From: a virus
Direction: 5' to 3' (one strand)
Virus record (IMG/VR): IMGVR_UViG_3300034102_001514
Location: 1 to 64,000 of that record
Length of the DNA: 64,000 bases
Every line of letters starts with the position of its first letter. Within the stretch, counting starts at the first letter, position 1. This document shows positions 31,024-39,809 of the stretch, piece after piece. The position numbers and the translations under genes are program-made. The notes beneath the pieces are model-generated. The model had not been told where the DNA came from and did not search any database. It worked only from the letters and a program-made list of their open reading frames with translations.

Positions 31024-31656
31024 TTAAATAATTACATCAATAATTCCCAATTCCAAAGCTTTTTCAGCCGACATAAAGTAATCGGAACTTTGAATGTTCT
31101 GCCAATAGTCTTTATCCATTTTAGTGCTTTCAGCCATCAACTGATTACATTCAGTTTCCAACTCTTCACTAAACTTTGCGTTTGATTTAACATCACTCAA
31201 TTTACCAACTACAATAGTAGACAATTGGTGAACCATAATCTTGGAGTGTTTACTTGCAGCACGAGTTCCGGTTCCATTAGCCAAAAGAAGAGCAGCAGCG
31301 GACATAGCCATACCACGAACAATAATGTTAAATTTCATTTGGTCTTTTTGTGATTTCATATAATCAATAAACGCAAGGGTTTCAATAACATCACCACCAC
31401 CGGAATTTAATAGAATATTTACCGTGTCAACATTACCATTAATTTTTTTCAATAATCTTACTTTGGATACAATATCAAAGGTAAGACCACTTTGGATTTC
31501 ATCTTGAATAAAGATTATATTATTTTCGGTGTCAATACCATAGTCAAACTCACGATAATATTTACGATGATTGTCAACATCAGTTCCATCGTTATTTGTT
31601 TCTTCATAAGCAATTTTAACGGTATTGCCTAAAGTTGTTGTATATAGTTCATCCAT
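31024..31656 (-). CDS. clpP: ClpP-like serine protease
   Basis: LNSGGG, AMSAA (Ser), MVHQ (His), SDYFMSAEKALELGIID (Asp). Confidence 0.9.
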   Translation of the reverse strand: MDELYTTTLGNTVKIAYEETNNDGTDVDNHRKYYREFDYGIDTENNIIFIQDEIQSGLTFDIVSKVRLLKKINGNVDTVNILLNSGGGDVIETLAFIDYMKSQKDQMKFNIIVRGMAMSAAALLLANGTGTRAASKHSKIMVHQLSTIVVGKLSDVKSNAKFSEELETECNQLMAESTKMDKDYWQNIQSSDYFMSAEKALELGIIDVII

Positions 31657-31679
31657 AGATTTAATAATTTATATTGATA

Positions 31680-31711
31680 CAAATATACGAAAAATAATTG
31701 AATTATCCAAA
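31680..31711 (-). promoter_or_regulatory. Bacteroidota sigma-70-type promoter
   Basis: Minus strand TTTG-N20-TATATTTG matches the -33/-7 consensus. Confidence 0.75.
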
Positions 31712-31712
31712 T

Positions 31713-32807
31713 TTATTTTCTATATTTGTGAATTTTTGACCTTGCGGGTGTTTCTCTATATAAGTTTTTTAATGCGTCTTCATCCGTTGGAACAAATACT
31801 ACTTCTTCTTTTTCTTTTTTAATTTGTTCTTCAATTGGGTTATCTTCTGACTCAATCGACTTTCCGTTTGTTTCAGTTGGTTCTCCGTTTGAATAGTTTG
31901 ATTGTAATACCTCTTCATTATTGGTGTCGCTAATAGGAATCCCATCGTTGCTATTGTTATTATCACCGCTATGGTTGATAGAATAAAGTTCGTGTCCATT
32001 TTCATTTTCTTTGTTAGTTAATTTATTTAAAGCAATAACCATTGAAATGGCTAAGGGGTCAAATACAAATACAATCAAAAGGGTAAACCAATTTACGATT
32101 ATATTCATAGGTTTGCCTGTAATTTCAGACATATAGCGAAGTGGTCCTACTTCTGCCGCTACTTCATTATTAGTTTGTAAATCCAATACATTCAATTCTA
32201 ATTTTGTAATAGAATCAGTTAAAACTTCAATTTTTTTTGAGATAGATTCTCTTTGGTCTACCGCACTTTTTAATTGTGATTCCAAAGCGTTTCTTTGTGA
32301 GGATGATGTTGTTGTAATAACATTACCATTTCTATCAACACGAGATTGAGTATTGTTAGCCAACCCACCACGAAGTCCGTTGATAGATTCATTTAATTTT
32401 ATTTTTTCATCATTATAGTAAGTTAATTGTTCTTGAAATCTTCCCTTTTTCAATTCAACTACTTCTACCATTTTATCAGTCACACCTAACTTATCAGCAG
32501 TAGACTGATACGCTGAGGTTAAAAATCCATAAATACCTATGGATGTAATTACCATGAGAATACCAACTGCAAAAGTTAGATACCACTTCATCCAACCGGC
32601 TTTACTCCAATGGTTATGTAGGTATGATGCAAGAATTAGTTTAGAAAATTCCAAAGCCCCAGCCATTATAATAACCTCGGTTCTAGCCCCAGCAAACAAA
32701 GAACTTAATCCGAATACTGAATAATAGGCAGCAGACCCCGCAAGAGCAAAAGTGCTGATAATCATCAATAAAATAAATCCGTTCTTTCTATTTAAAAATT
32801 TTTTCAT
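31713..32807 (-). CDS. Multi-TM coiled-coil membrane protein (DUF4407-like)
   Basis: Three N-terminal TMs, coiled coil, EVGPLRY and IVFVFDPLAI motifs. Confidence 0.7.
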   Translation of the reverse strand: MKKFLNRKNGFILLMIISTFALAGSAAYYSVFGLSSLFAGARTEVIIMAGALEFSKLILASYLHNHWSKAGWMKWYLTFAVGILMVITSIGIYGFLTSAYQSTADKLGVTDKMVEVVELKKGRFQEQLTYYNDEKIKLNESINGLRGGLANNTQSRVDRNGNVITTTSSSQRNALESQLKSAVDQRESISKKIEVLTDSITKLELNVLDLQTNNEVAAEVGPLRYMSEITGKPMNIIVNWFTLLIVFVFDPLAISMVIALNKLTNKENENGHELYSINHSGDNNNSNDGIPISDTNNEEVLQSNYSNGEPTETNGKSIESEDNPIEEQIKKEKEEVVFVPTDEDALKNLYRETPARSKIHKYRK

Positions 32808-32825
32808 ATTTTCCTAAAACCTATT

Positions 32826-32908
32826 TTTATTAACTCCAGGAGCGATACTTATAATCACTTATTAAGTCGCTTGAAGCTTAAGTGCTTAAGCACCCTGTGG
32901 TTAATAAA
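32826..32908. other. Palindrome-rich intergenic structured element
   Basis: Closing IR TTTATTAAC/GTTAATAAA, inner CAGG/CCTG and AGCGA/TCGCT, palindromes GCTTAAG-TG-CTTAAGC and GTGCTTAAGCAC. Confidence 0.5.
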
Positions 32909-32939
32909 TATCAAAGTGCTTGAATAATAATAATTTATA

Positions 32940-33869
32940 TTAAGCTTTCCCCATACTATGCCCCATTGAGTGTTGACCAAATTTGGAAATATAATCCAAT
33001 ACAGTCAGCTCTTTCATCTTGGCTTCAATGTCAATATCAAGGTTATGACCATAGGTGTTAATCTCTGAATAGATGTAGTCAGAGTGTGCTTGTGGTTTAG
33101 AGGTAGGGTCTTCTAATGTTCTTGACTCTGAATAATGGACAAGTGGTTTAACATCACCCCAAGTAGACATTGCAAGTTCAAGAGCTTCTTGTTCAGTCAA
33201 ACCGCCAGTATTAAAAGTGTGGTGGTGATAATCAAAAACAATTGGGATTCCGACACGAGTGTGAATATACATAAGGTCCTTGACTGAATACATACTTCCC
33301 TTGTCATCGTTCTCAACAGTCAGTCGTGTCTGAACTGATTCTGGCAACAATTCAAAGTTTTTACAAAACCTATCCATAGCAGATTGTTTATCACCATAAA
33401 CACCATTACAATGGATGTTAATAAGGTTGTATGGGGTTCGTTCCAATCCCATAAGGTCAAAGTGTTCTCCGTGTATAGAAAGGTCTTTAATCGTGTTCTT
33501 AACAACTTTCTCGTTGGGAGAGACCAATACATTAAATGGACCGGGATGTGATGTTATACGCTGTCCGTAGGTCTTGGCCAGCGTACCTGCACCTTTGAGG
33601 ACATTAGAAAACTTTTCGTAGTCCGGCATTTGGTGTAATCTAAACTCACTAGCCCAAGGAACAAGGTCAGAAGTCATACGAAATAGTTTAAACCCATTCT
33701 TGTGATTCCATTTGATAATCTCTACCAAGTCTTTTGCGTTTTGGACAGCAAGGTCAGATGACCGATTAATACCCTCCTTGATAAATGTTTTTTTAATCAT
33801 AGACCGGTTGGTAGTAATCTTATCCTTACCAAGAGTCATATTGATACAACAGTAACCTAAATTTGTCAT
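32940..33869 (-). CDS. uvsE: UV damage endonuclease UvsE/UVDE
   Basis: LGYCCIN, FRMTSD, HPG, LTVENDD, FDYHHH, HYSE, AHSD, EAKMKE motifs. Confidence 0.93.
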   Translation of the reverse strand: MTNLGYCCINMTLGKDKITTNRSMIKKTFIKEGINRSSDLAVQNAKDLVEIIKWNHKNGFKLFRMTSDLVPWASEFRLHQMPDYEKFSNVLKGAGTLAKTYGQRITSHPGPFNVLVSPNEKVVKNTIKDLSIHGEHFDLMGLERTPYNLINIHCNGVYGDKQSAMDRFCKNFELLPESVQTRLTVENDDKGSMYSVKDLMYIHTRVGIPIVFDYHHHTFNTGGLTEQEALELAMSTWGDVKPLVHYSESRTLEDPTSKPQAHSDYIYSEINTYGHNLDIDIEAKMKELTVLDYISKFGQHSMGHSMGKA

Positions 33870-33893
33870 AGTTTATTCTTTATACATAAAGAT

Positions 33894-33926
33894 AATAAAA
33901 AAAGGGGACTTATACAAGCCCCCTTT
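33894..33926 (-). terminator. Intrinsic terminator after dnaK, overlapping the uvsE promoter
   Basis: Minus strand AAAGGGGGCTT-GTAT-AAGTCCCCTTT followed by T-run. Confidence 0.75.
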
Positions 33927-33946
33927 GTTAAGAAATTGTTAAATCA

Positions 33947-35803
33947 TTACGAGTTCGTAACTTCTTCAAACTCTATGTCTTGTGTACCACTATCCGTTTG
34001 GGTTGGTGGATTCTGATACATTCTTGTTGTGACTTTTGACCACGCAGATTCTAATTTTGTTTTATTATCTTTAACTAACTCTATATCTTTACTATCAACT
34101 GCGGATTTCAAATCCCTCATAAGACTTTCCAATTCCTCTTTTTCATCCGATTGAATTTTATCACTCAATTCTTGTATTTGTTTTTCGCTGGAGAATAAAT
34201 AACCATCAGCAGCATTTACAAGTGTAACCGCTTCTTGTCGTTTTAAATCCTCTTCACGATTTGTTTCCGCTTCATCCCTCATACGTTGAATTTCATCCTT
34301 GGATAATCCTGTTGAAGATTCAATTCGGACTCGTTGTTCTTTTTTAGTTCCCAAATCTTTTGCAGAAACACTCAAAATACCATTTGCGTCAATATCAAAC
34401 GTAACCTCAACTTGAGGGACTCCCCTTGGAGCCATTGGAATACCTTCCAAATGAAATCTACCCAATGGTCTATTATCTTTAGCCATAGGTCGTTCACCTT
34501 GTAAAACGTGAACCTCTAAAACTTGTTGATTATCCGATACCGTTGAGAATGTTTGTGATTTCTTTACTGGGATTGTTGTGTTAGCATCAATTATGGAGGT
34601 GAATACACCACCAAGGGTTTCAATACCCAAACTTAATGGAGTCACATCTAAAAGAAGAACATCTTTAACATCACCACCAAGAACACCACCTTGAATAGCA
34701 GCTCCAACAGCAACAACCTCATCTGGATTTACACCCTTACTTGGTTTTTTACCAAAGAACTTTTCAACGGCTTCTTGAACGGCTGGGATACGAGTAGAAC
34801 CACCTACAAGAATAACTTCATCAATATCACTCAATGAAACAGCAGCATCCTTAACGGCTTGTTGACAGGGTTTCATACATCGGTCTACAAGTGATGATGT
34901 TAAACGATTAAAATCCGATTGAGATATATTCGTTTCAAAGTGAATAGGACCGTCTTGACCTACTGAAACATATGGTAGGTTAATTGCAGTTGATGTTGCA
35001 GATGACAATTCAATTTTAGCTTTTTCAGCAGCCTCACGGATTCTCTGCATAGCCATTGCGTCACTTGACAAATCTACACCTTTGGTAGTTTTAATCATAG
35101 ATACAATATGTTCTACAATTATTTCATCAAAGTTATCACCACCAAGTTGAGTATCACCATTTGTAGATAAAACTTCAAATACACCATCACCCAATTCAAG
35201 GATTGATACATCAAAGGTTCCACCACCTAAATCAAATACTGCTATTTTCATATCAGTATCTTTTTTATTTAAACCATACGCAAGTGCTGCAGCGGTTGGT
35301 TCATTAATAATCCGTAATACTTCTAATCCAGCAATCTCACCGGCTTCTTTAGTAGCCTGCCTTTGAGAATCATTGAAATACGCAGGAACTGTGATTACCG
35401 CCTTACGAACACTTTCACCAAGGTATGCTTCTGCAGACTTACGAATGTTTTGAAGAACCATAGCCGAAATTTCTTGTGGAACATAATCTCTTCCATTTGC
35501 ATGAATGATAATAGTATCGTTAGAACCTTTCTTTACTTCGTATCCAACATTAAGATGGTCTTTGTTTAATTCAGAATATCGTTTACCAATAAAACGCTTT
35601 ACTGAATATAAAGTATTTTTAGGATTGGTTACTGCAACTCGTTTAGCGGCTGCTCCAATCTTTACTTCACCCTTATCAAAGGAAATTACCGATGGTGTTG
35701 TTCTGGCTCCTTCACCATTTACAATTACTACGGATTCACCGCCTTCAATTACGGAAATACACGAGTTGGTAGTTCCTAAATCAATTCCAATTATTTTGCT
35801 CAT
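33947..35803 (-). CDS. dnaK: Chaperone DnaK (Hsp70)
   Basis: [39 protein letters not shown] signatures; full length. Confidence 0.97.
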   Translation of the reverse strand: MSKIIGIDLGTTNSCISVIEGGESVVIVNGEGARTTPSVISFDKGEVKIGAAAKRVAVTNPKNTLYSVKRFIGKRYSELNKDHLNVGYEVKKGSNDTIIIHANGRDYVPQEISAMVLQNIRKSAEAYLGESVRKAVITVPAYFNDSQRQATKEAGEIAGLEVLRIINEPTAAALAYGLNKKDTDMKIAVFDLGGGTFDVSILELGDGVFEVLSTNGDTQLGGDNFDEIIVEHIVSMIKTTKGVDLSSDAMAMQRIREAAEKAKIELSSATSTAINLPYVSVGQDGPIHFETNISQSDFNRLTSSLVDRCMKPCQQAVKDAAVSLSDIDEVILVGGSTRIPAVQEAVEKFFGKKPSKGVNPDEVVAVGAAIQGGVLGGDVKDVLLLDVTPLSLGIETLGGVFTSIIDANTTIPVKKSQTFSTVSDNQQVLEVHVLQGERPMAKDNRPLGRFHLEGIPMAPRGVPQVEVTFDIDANGILSVSAKDLGTKKEQRVRIESSTGLSKDEIQRMRDEAETNREEDLKRQEAVTLVNAADGYLFSSEKQIQELSDKIQSDEKEELESLMRDLKSAVDSKDIELVKDNKTKLESAWSKVTTRMYQNPPTQTDSGTQDIEFEEVTNS

Positions 35804-35903
35804 TTTGTTTTTTAAATTAAAGTGTATTTTATTACCCTTTTAAGTGTTAATGTATTATAAAAGGGACAAAATACATACCAATTGTGTATTATATTACACT
35901 TTG

Positions 35904-36218
35904 TCAGTTAACTGACATATTTTCAGTATTACCTACTATCTTATAAAAGATTACGTTGTTTTTTTGCTCTTGGAAATGTAATATCATACCATCCATAACA
36001 AATGAAGATACAAACTTTTTTGATACCTCTGAATCATCGCAGGTTATAATAAGGTGGGTGTCGGTAATTGTAATTTCAATGGATGGTGTATATGTGTTTT
36101 CAAATTCAACATACTCATTTGTAATAACATCATATATGTAATACAACTTATCTTCGCTTGATAAGCTAGAAAAGAAGTTGTATTCTGCTTCATCCCAAGA
36201 GTTATCTTCCATTGTCAT
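35904..36218 (-). CDS. Hypothetical protein
   Basis: ORF with late-promoter motif at 36228-36235. Confidence 0.6.
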   Translation of the reverse strand: MTMEDNSWDEAEYNFFSSLSSEDKLYYIYDVITNEYVEFENTYTPSIEITITDTHLIITCDDSEVSKKFVSSFVMDGMILHFQEQKNNVIFYKIVGNTENMSVN

Positions 36219-36235
36219 ACCTTTATTATAAGTAT

Positions 36236-36529
36236 CTAAAACACACCCAACCTTCCCTTCATATTTACAGTGGTTAATGTATCTTCTAATGTGCGAACAA
36301 TTCTATCCATTTCACCAAGTGATAAAGAGATTCGGTAATCACCCACCACAAGAGCACCAATTTGAGTTGAGTTCTTGATGGGGTAATCTGATTCTTCCAA
36401 ATCAAATTCAAAGTCAATAGATGAGAATTTTTCTCCGAACGACTTATTTAATCTGCCTTCTTCGGAGTCAGAAACACCATACGAATGATTTAGTGAACCA
36501 TTTCGCTGGGGTTGGTTGTATTTTTTCAT
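36236..36529 (-). CDS. Hypothetical protein
   Basis: ORF in co-oriented block. Confidence 0.6.
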   Translation of the reverse strand: MKKYNQPQRNGSLNHSYGVSDSEEGRLNKSFGEKFSSIDFEFDLEESDYPIKNSTQIGALVVGDYRISLSLGEMDRIVRTLEDTLTTVNMKGRLGVF

Positions 36530-36573
36530 AACAAAAAATTTATAGTTAACGAATATAAATAGTTTGTTTAAAG

Positions 36574-36873
36574 TTAATATCTTTTGTTTCTGTTAGAAAT
36601 TCTTTCAAATTTTTTCTCAAATGAATCTAAACTCATACGAGTCGGTGAAGTTCTTTCAATATTTTGGCTTATCCTTACCGATTCAGCCGCCCAATGCCAA
36701 GCTTTCATAACATTTGGTTGTGATGGTATTAAAAGTTCAGAACCCACAATCCCACCTTCACCATCTGATACGCAATATAATCCATCTTTGGTTATATGGG
36801 TTTTTGCATTTGGAAATGCTTTTAAAACTTTTCGTTTAAGAGTTTGAAACTTCTTTTTCTCCGGAGTTATCAT
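36574..36873 (-). CDS. Hypothetical protein
   Basis: ORF in co-oriented block. Confidence 0.6.
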   Translation of the reverse strand: MITPEKKKFQTLKRKVLKAFPNAKTHITKDGLYCVSDGEGGIVGSELLIPSQPNVMKAWHWAAESVRISQNIERTSPTRMSLDSFEKKFERISNRNKRY

Positions 36874-37087
36874 TTTCTATTTTATTTAATGACTTTGTAA
36901 GTCCTCGTTTTATGTGACAATACGGAGACAATTCTTTGTTAATGGAACATACATCAATTAGCTTTCCATCTTCTAATTTCAATGCGTAGGTATTACCTCG
37001 TTTTATTTTTGTTTTAGAGACAATGGTGCCCACTTTATGGACACCATTTATCTCCGCGATTACTTTTTCACCTATCATTGGGTTCAT
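36836..37087 (-). CDS. Small SH3/KOW-like protein
   Basis: IGEKVI..GTIV..YALKLEDG pattern. Confidence 0.55.
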   Translation of the reverse strand: MNPMIGEKVIAEINGVHKVGTIVSKTKIKRGNTYALKLEDGKLIDVCSINKELSPYCHIKRGLTKSLNKIENDNSGEKEVSNS

Positions 37088-37284
37088 TCAATTACCTTAA
37101 TGATTTTTGTTTCAATTACCGATGATACTTCAAACTCCAAATTGGAACCCTCAAAATCGGCAACAACCTTGGCTTCTGCATCAGTCACCGATACGGCATG
37201 AACCATATATTGTTCAGTCAACTTCTTGATTCGACCTTTTGCATCTTCTTGGTTAACTTTAACCTTTACTACATAGTAACTCAT
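37084..37284 (-). CDS. DUF4494 family protein (Bacteroidota-associated)
   Basis: KKLTEQYMVHAVSVTDAEAKV...FEVSSVIETKII. Confidence 0.75.
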   Translation of the reverse strand: MSYYVVKVKVNQEDAKGRIKKLTEQYMVHAVSVTDAEAKVVADFEGSNLEFEVSSVIETKIIKVIE

Positions 37285-37316
37285 AAATAAAAAAATTAGT
37301 GTTAGTTGTTTAATAA

Positions 37317-37628
37317 TTAGTCTTTAAAATTTATTTCGTATCCAAGTTTTCCATTCTCATCTACAACCATCCGAATAAGACCATTTTCGGAAAGGGATTC
37401 AATCGCATCATTGATTTCAATGTCACGATATATTTTAATAGCTTTAAGCAACAATTCTGATAATAAGTCATCATCATTAGCTATCATAAGAAGATGCTTT
37501 ACAATGTCTAAAAAACGACCTTCGTATTCAATGTGAGCCGACTCAAAAAAGTTTTCATCATACATATACTTTTTAACATTCTCATAGAGTTCGTTAAAAT
37601 CATCGTTACTATCATAACTCATTTTCAT
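37317..37628 (-). CDS. Hypothetical protein
   Basis: ORF in co-oriented block. Confidence 0.6.
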   Translation of the reverse strand: MKMSYDSNDDFNELYENVKKYMYDENFFESAHIEYEGRFLDIVKHLLMIANDDDLLSELLLKAIKIYRDIEINDAIESLSENGLIRMVVDENGKLGYEINFKD

Positions 37629-37818
37629 TCTTCATCTGAATAAGTCGGTTAATATAATTAATGGATTCAGAGTCACCCATCAAAGCATCAGCTTTTCCGT
37701 ATTTCCGAACAACCCATTCAACACCATAATCATAAACCTCAGCGGATACAATGTTAACACTTGGAACATACATTTTATTAAACCCCATCTTGTTGAATTT
37801 TTTGGATAATTTTTTCAT
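37612..37818 (-). CDS. Hypothetical protein
   Basis: ORF in co-oriented block. Confidence 0.55.
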   Translation of the reverse strand: MKKLSKKFNKMGFNKMYVPSVNIVSAEVYDYGVEWVVRKYGKADALMGDSESINYINRLIQMKNENEL

Positions 37819-38071
37819 TTGCTTCTTTACGATATTTGATTGATAGTTTATTTAATTCATCATGGTGTTTACTGGTAACTTCAACTCCTCGTTGGGCAGC
37901 GTCCATATACGCAAATCGTTTTAGGAAATATCCCGGCAAGGGAGCAGCACCTTTCATCAGATGTTCTGATAGTTTATCAAGATAGGTCATCAACTCATCA
38001 TCGTTGAGTTTTTCTACCTCACTATCACTTAACTTTACAAACTTGTTTTTCATACCATTTATATAATTCAA
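37778..38071 (-). CDS. Hypothetical protein
   Basis: ORF in co-oriented block. Confidence 0.55.
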   Translation of the reverse strand: MNYINGMKNKFVKLSDSEVEKLNDDELMTYLDKLSEHLMKGAAPLPGYFLKRFAYMDAAQRGVEVTSKHHDELNKLSIKYRKEANEKIIQKIQQDGV

Positions 38072-38450
38072 CTAACGACATAGGTTTTTCTTCCATCATT
38101 TTGTCCCAAAGGTCAACTTTAAATTGATTTTTTAAAGCCACTTTCAAATCAACTAACCTTGTGTGTTCATCCTTGTCAGCAGAATCAAGAAGCTTTAAAG
38201 CCCGAACTCGTGTCATCCGAGCACTATCTTCAGCCGCACGGATTCGGTTTAGCTCATCGTTTCCGATGTAGTTTTTATAAGCCAACTCATATGCGAGTTC
38301 AGAATCTTGCCGACATTTTTTTGAAGCATCAAATAGTGGTGAATAGTCAAAATCTCCATTTTTAATTTTGTCTAATAATGGTGCGTTTTTACCCAAAGGT
38401 TTTTTACGCTTTTGACCATTCATCCACCATTGAAATTTGTTGTATCCCAT
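38025..38450 (-). CDS. Hypothetical protein
   Basis: ORF downstream of AAA gene; YNKFQWW..LLDKIKNGDFDYS. Confidence 0.65.
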   Translation of the reverse strand: MGYNKFQWWMNGQKRKKPLGKNAPLLDKIKNGDFDYSPLFDASKKCRQDSELAYELAYKNYIGNDELNRIRAAEDSARMTRVRALKLLDSADKDEHTRLVDLKVALKNQFKVDLWDKMMEEKPMSLVELYKWYEKQVCKVK

Positions 38451-38456
38451 ATTGAA

Positions 38457-39728
38457 TTAAAAAGGGTTAGAGTAGTCGTAAGTTTCCATATCAGCATTCA
38501 CATTGAAGATGTCTTCGGTAGATGTGGTCTTGATGAACTTTTGAACGAATTGCTTGATGTAGACTCGTTCAGACTGAGCACCACCGGCTTCTTCAAAGAA
38601 TGGGTAGATGGTAATTTCAGCAGCCTCTTCAAGTGAGAATCCATCATAGAGAAGTGAACCAATCTCCACAGCAGCCCGTGTAGATAGTGAGTTAGTAAGT
38701 TTAGGAGAATCACTTTTGACCTCATTACGAGTCATTGAAGTAATGTCAGCAACACTTTCAATCAACTCAGCCTCAACCGAAGGATACATCATCTGAAGCA
38801 ATTGGGTCTCTTCTTCTTTGGTCAAGGTATCCATCTCAATGATGGTAAATCGGTCAAGGATAGCCCGGTCAAGCATTCGTGTAGCGGTGTATTCGTTACC
38901 AATGTTAGCGGAAGCGATAAAGGACACACCATCAGCAACACGAACCACAGGAGCGTCAGCAGCTTCATCTAAGCGAATGTATCGTTGACCTTGGTCAAGT
39001 ACTGTCATCAAGATGTTCCAAGCCTCTGGATGAGCACGAGTAATCTCATCCAACACAACCACCGTGTTGGGAGTCTGAATCGCCTTGATAAAAGGTGATG
39101 AGTTAAACACCGTACCTTTTTTGGTATCAAATTGAGTATTACCAATCAAGGTAGTTCGTGGGTCTTGAGTAGCACCCAAGTTGATAATAAAGGTGTTGTA
39201 ACCTTCAAGCGAATTAGCAGCCGCCTTAGCAGCCATAGTCTTACCACAACCAGCAGGACCAGTCATCATAATGTTTTTACCACGAATGATATTACGAACC
39301 AAGTATTTCCACTTGAGTGAGTTCATAAACAACATCTTGGGTTTTAGACCCTCAGCCTCATTGTGAATAAAGTTAAGGACATCTTCAGGAACACTTGTTA
39401 TCATAGGTTCAACGATAGGGTTAGAGTTGTAAAGATAAGAGTCAAGACCACCATTTGGTTTATCAAAGTTGGTCACGGGTTCAGCCCCTGCGAGCATCTC
39501 AACTCCAACACGAGTGAATCCTAAAGAACCACTTTTCAATGTTCCGACAACACGAACTTTAAAAGCCCATTTGCCGGGGGCGTTAGCAGCCGCTCGGGCT
39601 CGTTTGTAAAGGGGACTTCCCTTTTCATTTAACTCTGGCAAGTTATAAAACTTACCATCTACATCAGAGAAAAGGAGGATTCCGTTTTTCTCAACAATTG
39701 AACCATAAACAAAGCGTTGGTTTTTCAT
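38457..39728 (-). CDS. MoxR/CbbQ/CobS-like AAA+ ATPase
   Basis: GPAGCGKT Walker A, VVLDEITR Walker B, ASAN sensor, DRAILDRF, STR. Confidence 0.9.
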   Translation of the reverse strand: MKNQRFVYGSIVEKNGILLFSDVDGKFYNLPELNEKGSPLYKRARAAANAPGKWAFKVRVVGTLKSGSLGFTRVGVEMLAGAEPVTNFDKPNGGLDSYLYNSNPIVEPMITSVPEDVLNFIHNEAEGLKPKMLFMNSLKWKYLVRNIIRGKNIMMTGPAGCGKTMAAKAAANSLEGYNTFIINLGATQDPRTTLIGNTQFDTKKGTVFNSSPFIKAIQTPNTVVVLDEITRAHPEAWNILMTVLDQGQRYIRLDEAADAPVVRVADGVSFIASANIGNEYTATRMLDRAILDRFTIIEMDTLTKEEETQLLQMMYPSVEAELIESVADITSMTRNEVKSDSPKLTNSLSTRAAVEIGSLLYDGFSLEEAAEITIYPFFEEAGGAQSERVYIKQFVQKFIKTTSTEDIFNVNADMETYDYSNPF

Positions 39729-39754
39729 AAAAAAGTGATTAATTGATTACTTAA

Positions 39755-39809
39755 CAAAGATACGAAATTATTCGGATTACACAAGCGTCTAATGTTATTA
39801 AATTGTTAA
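39755..39809 (-). promoter_or_regulatory. Sigma-70-type promoter with upstream TTAACA direct-repeat box
   Basis: TTAACAATTTAATAACA-N7-CTTG-N19-TATCTTTG. Confidence 0.7.

Noticed and set aside
33947-35803. dnaK as evidence of a bacterial chromosome or prophage flank
   Set aside because: It is embedded among phage genes with the same strand and promoter motifs, and no other host operon context or integrase is seen.
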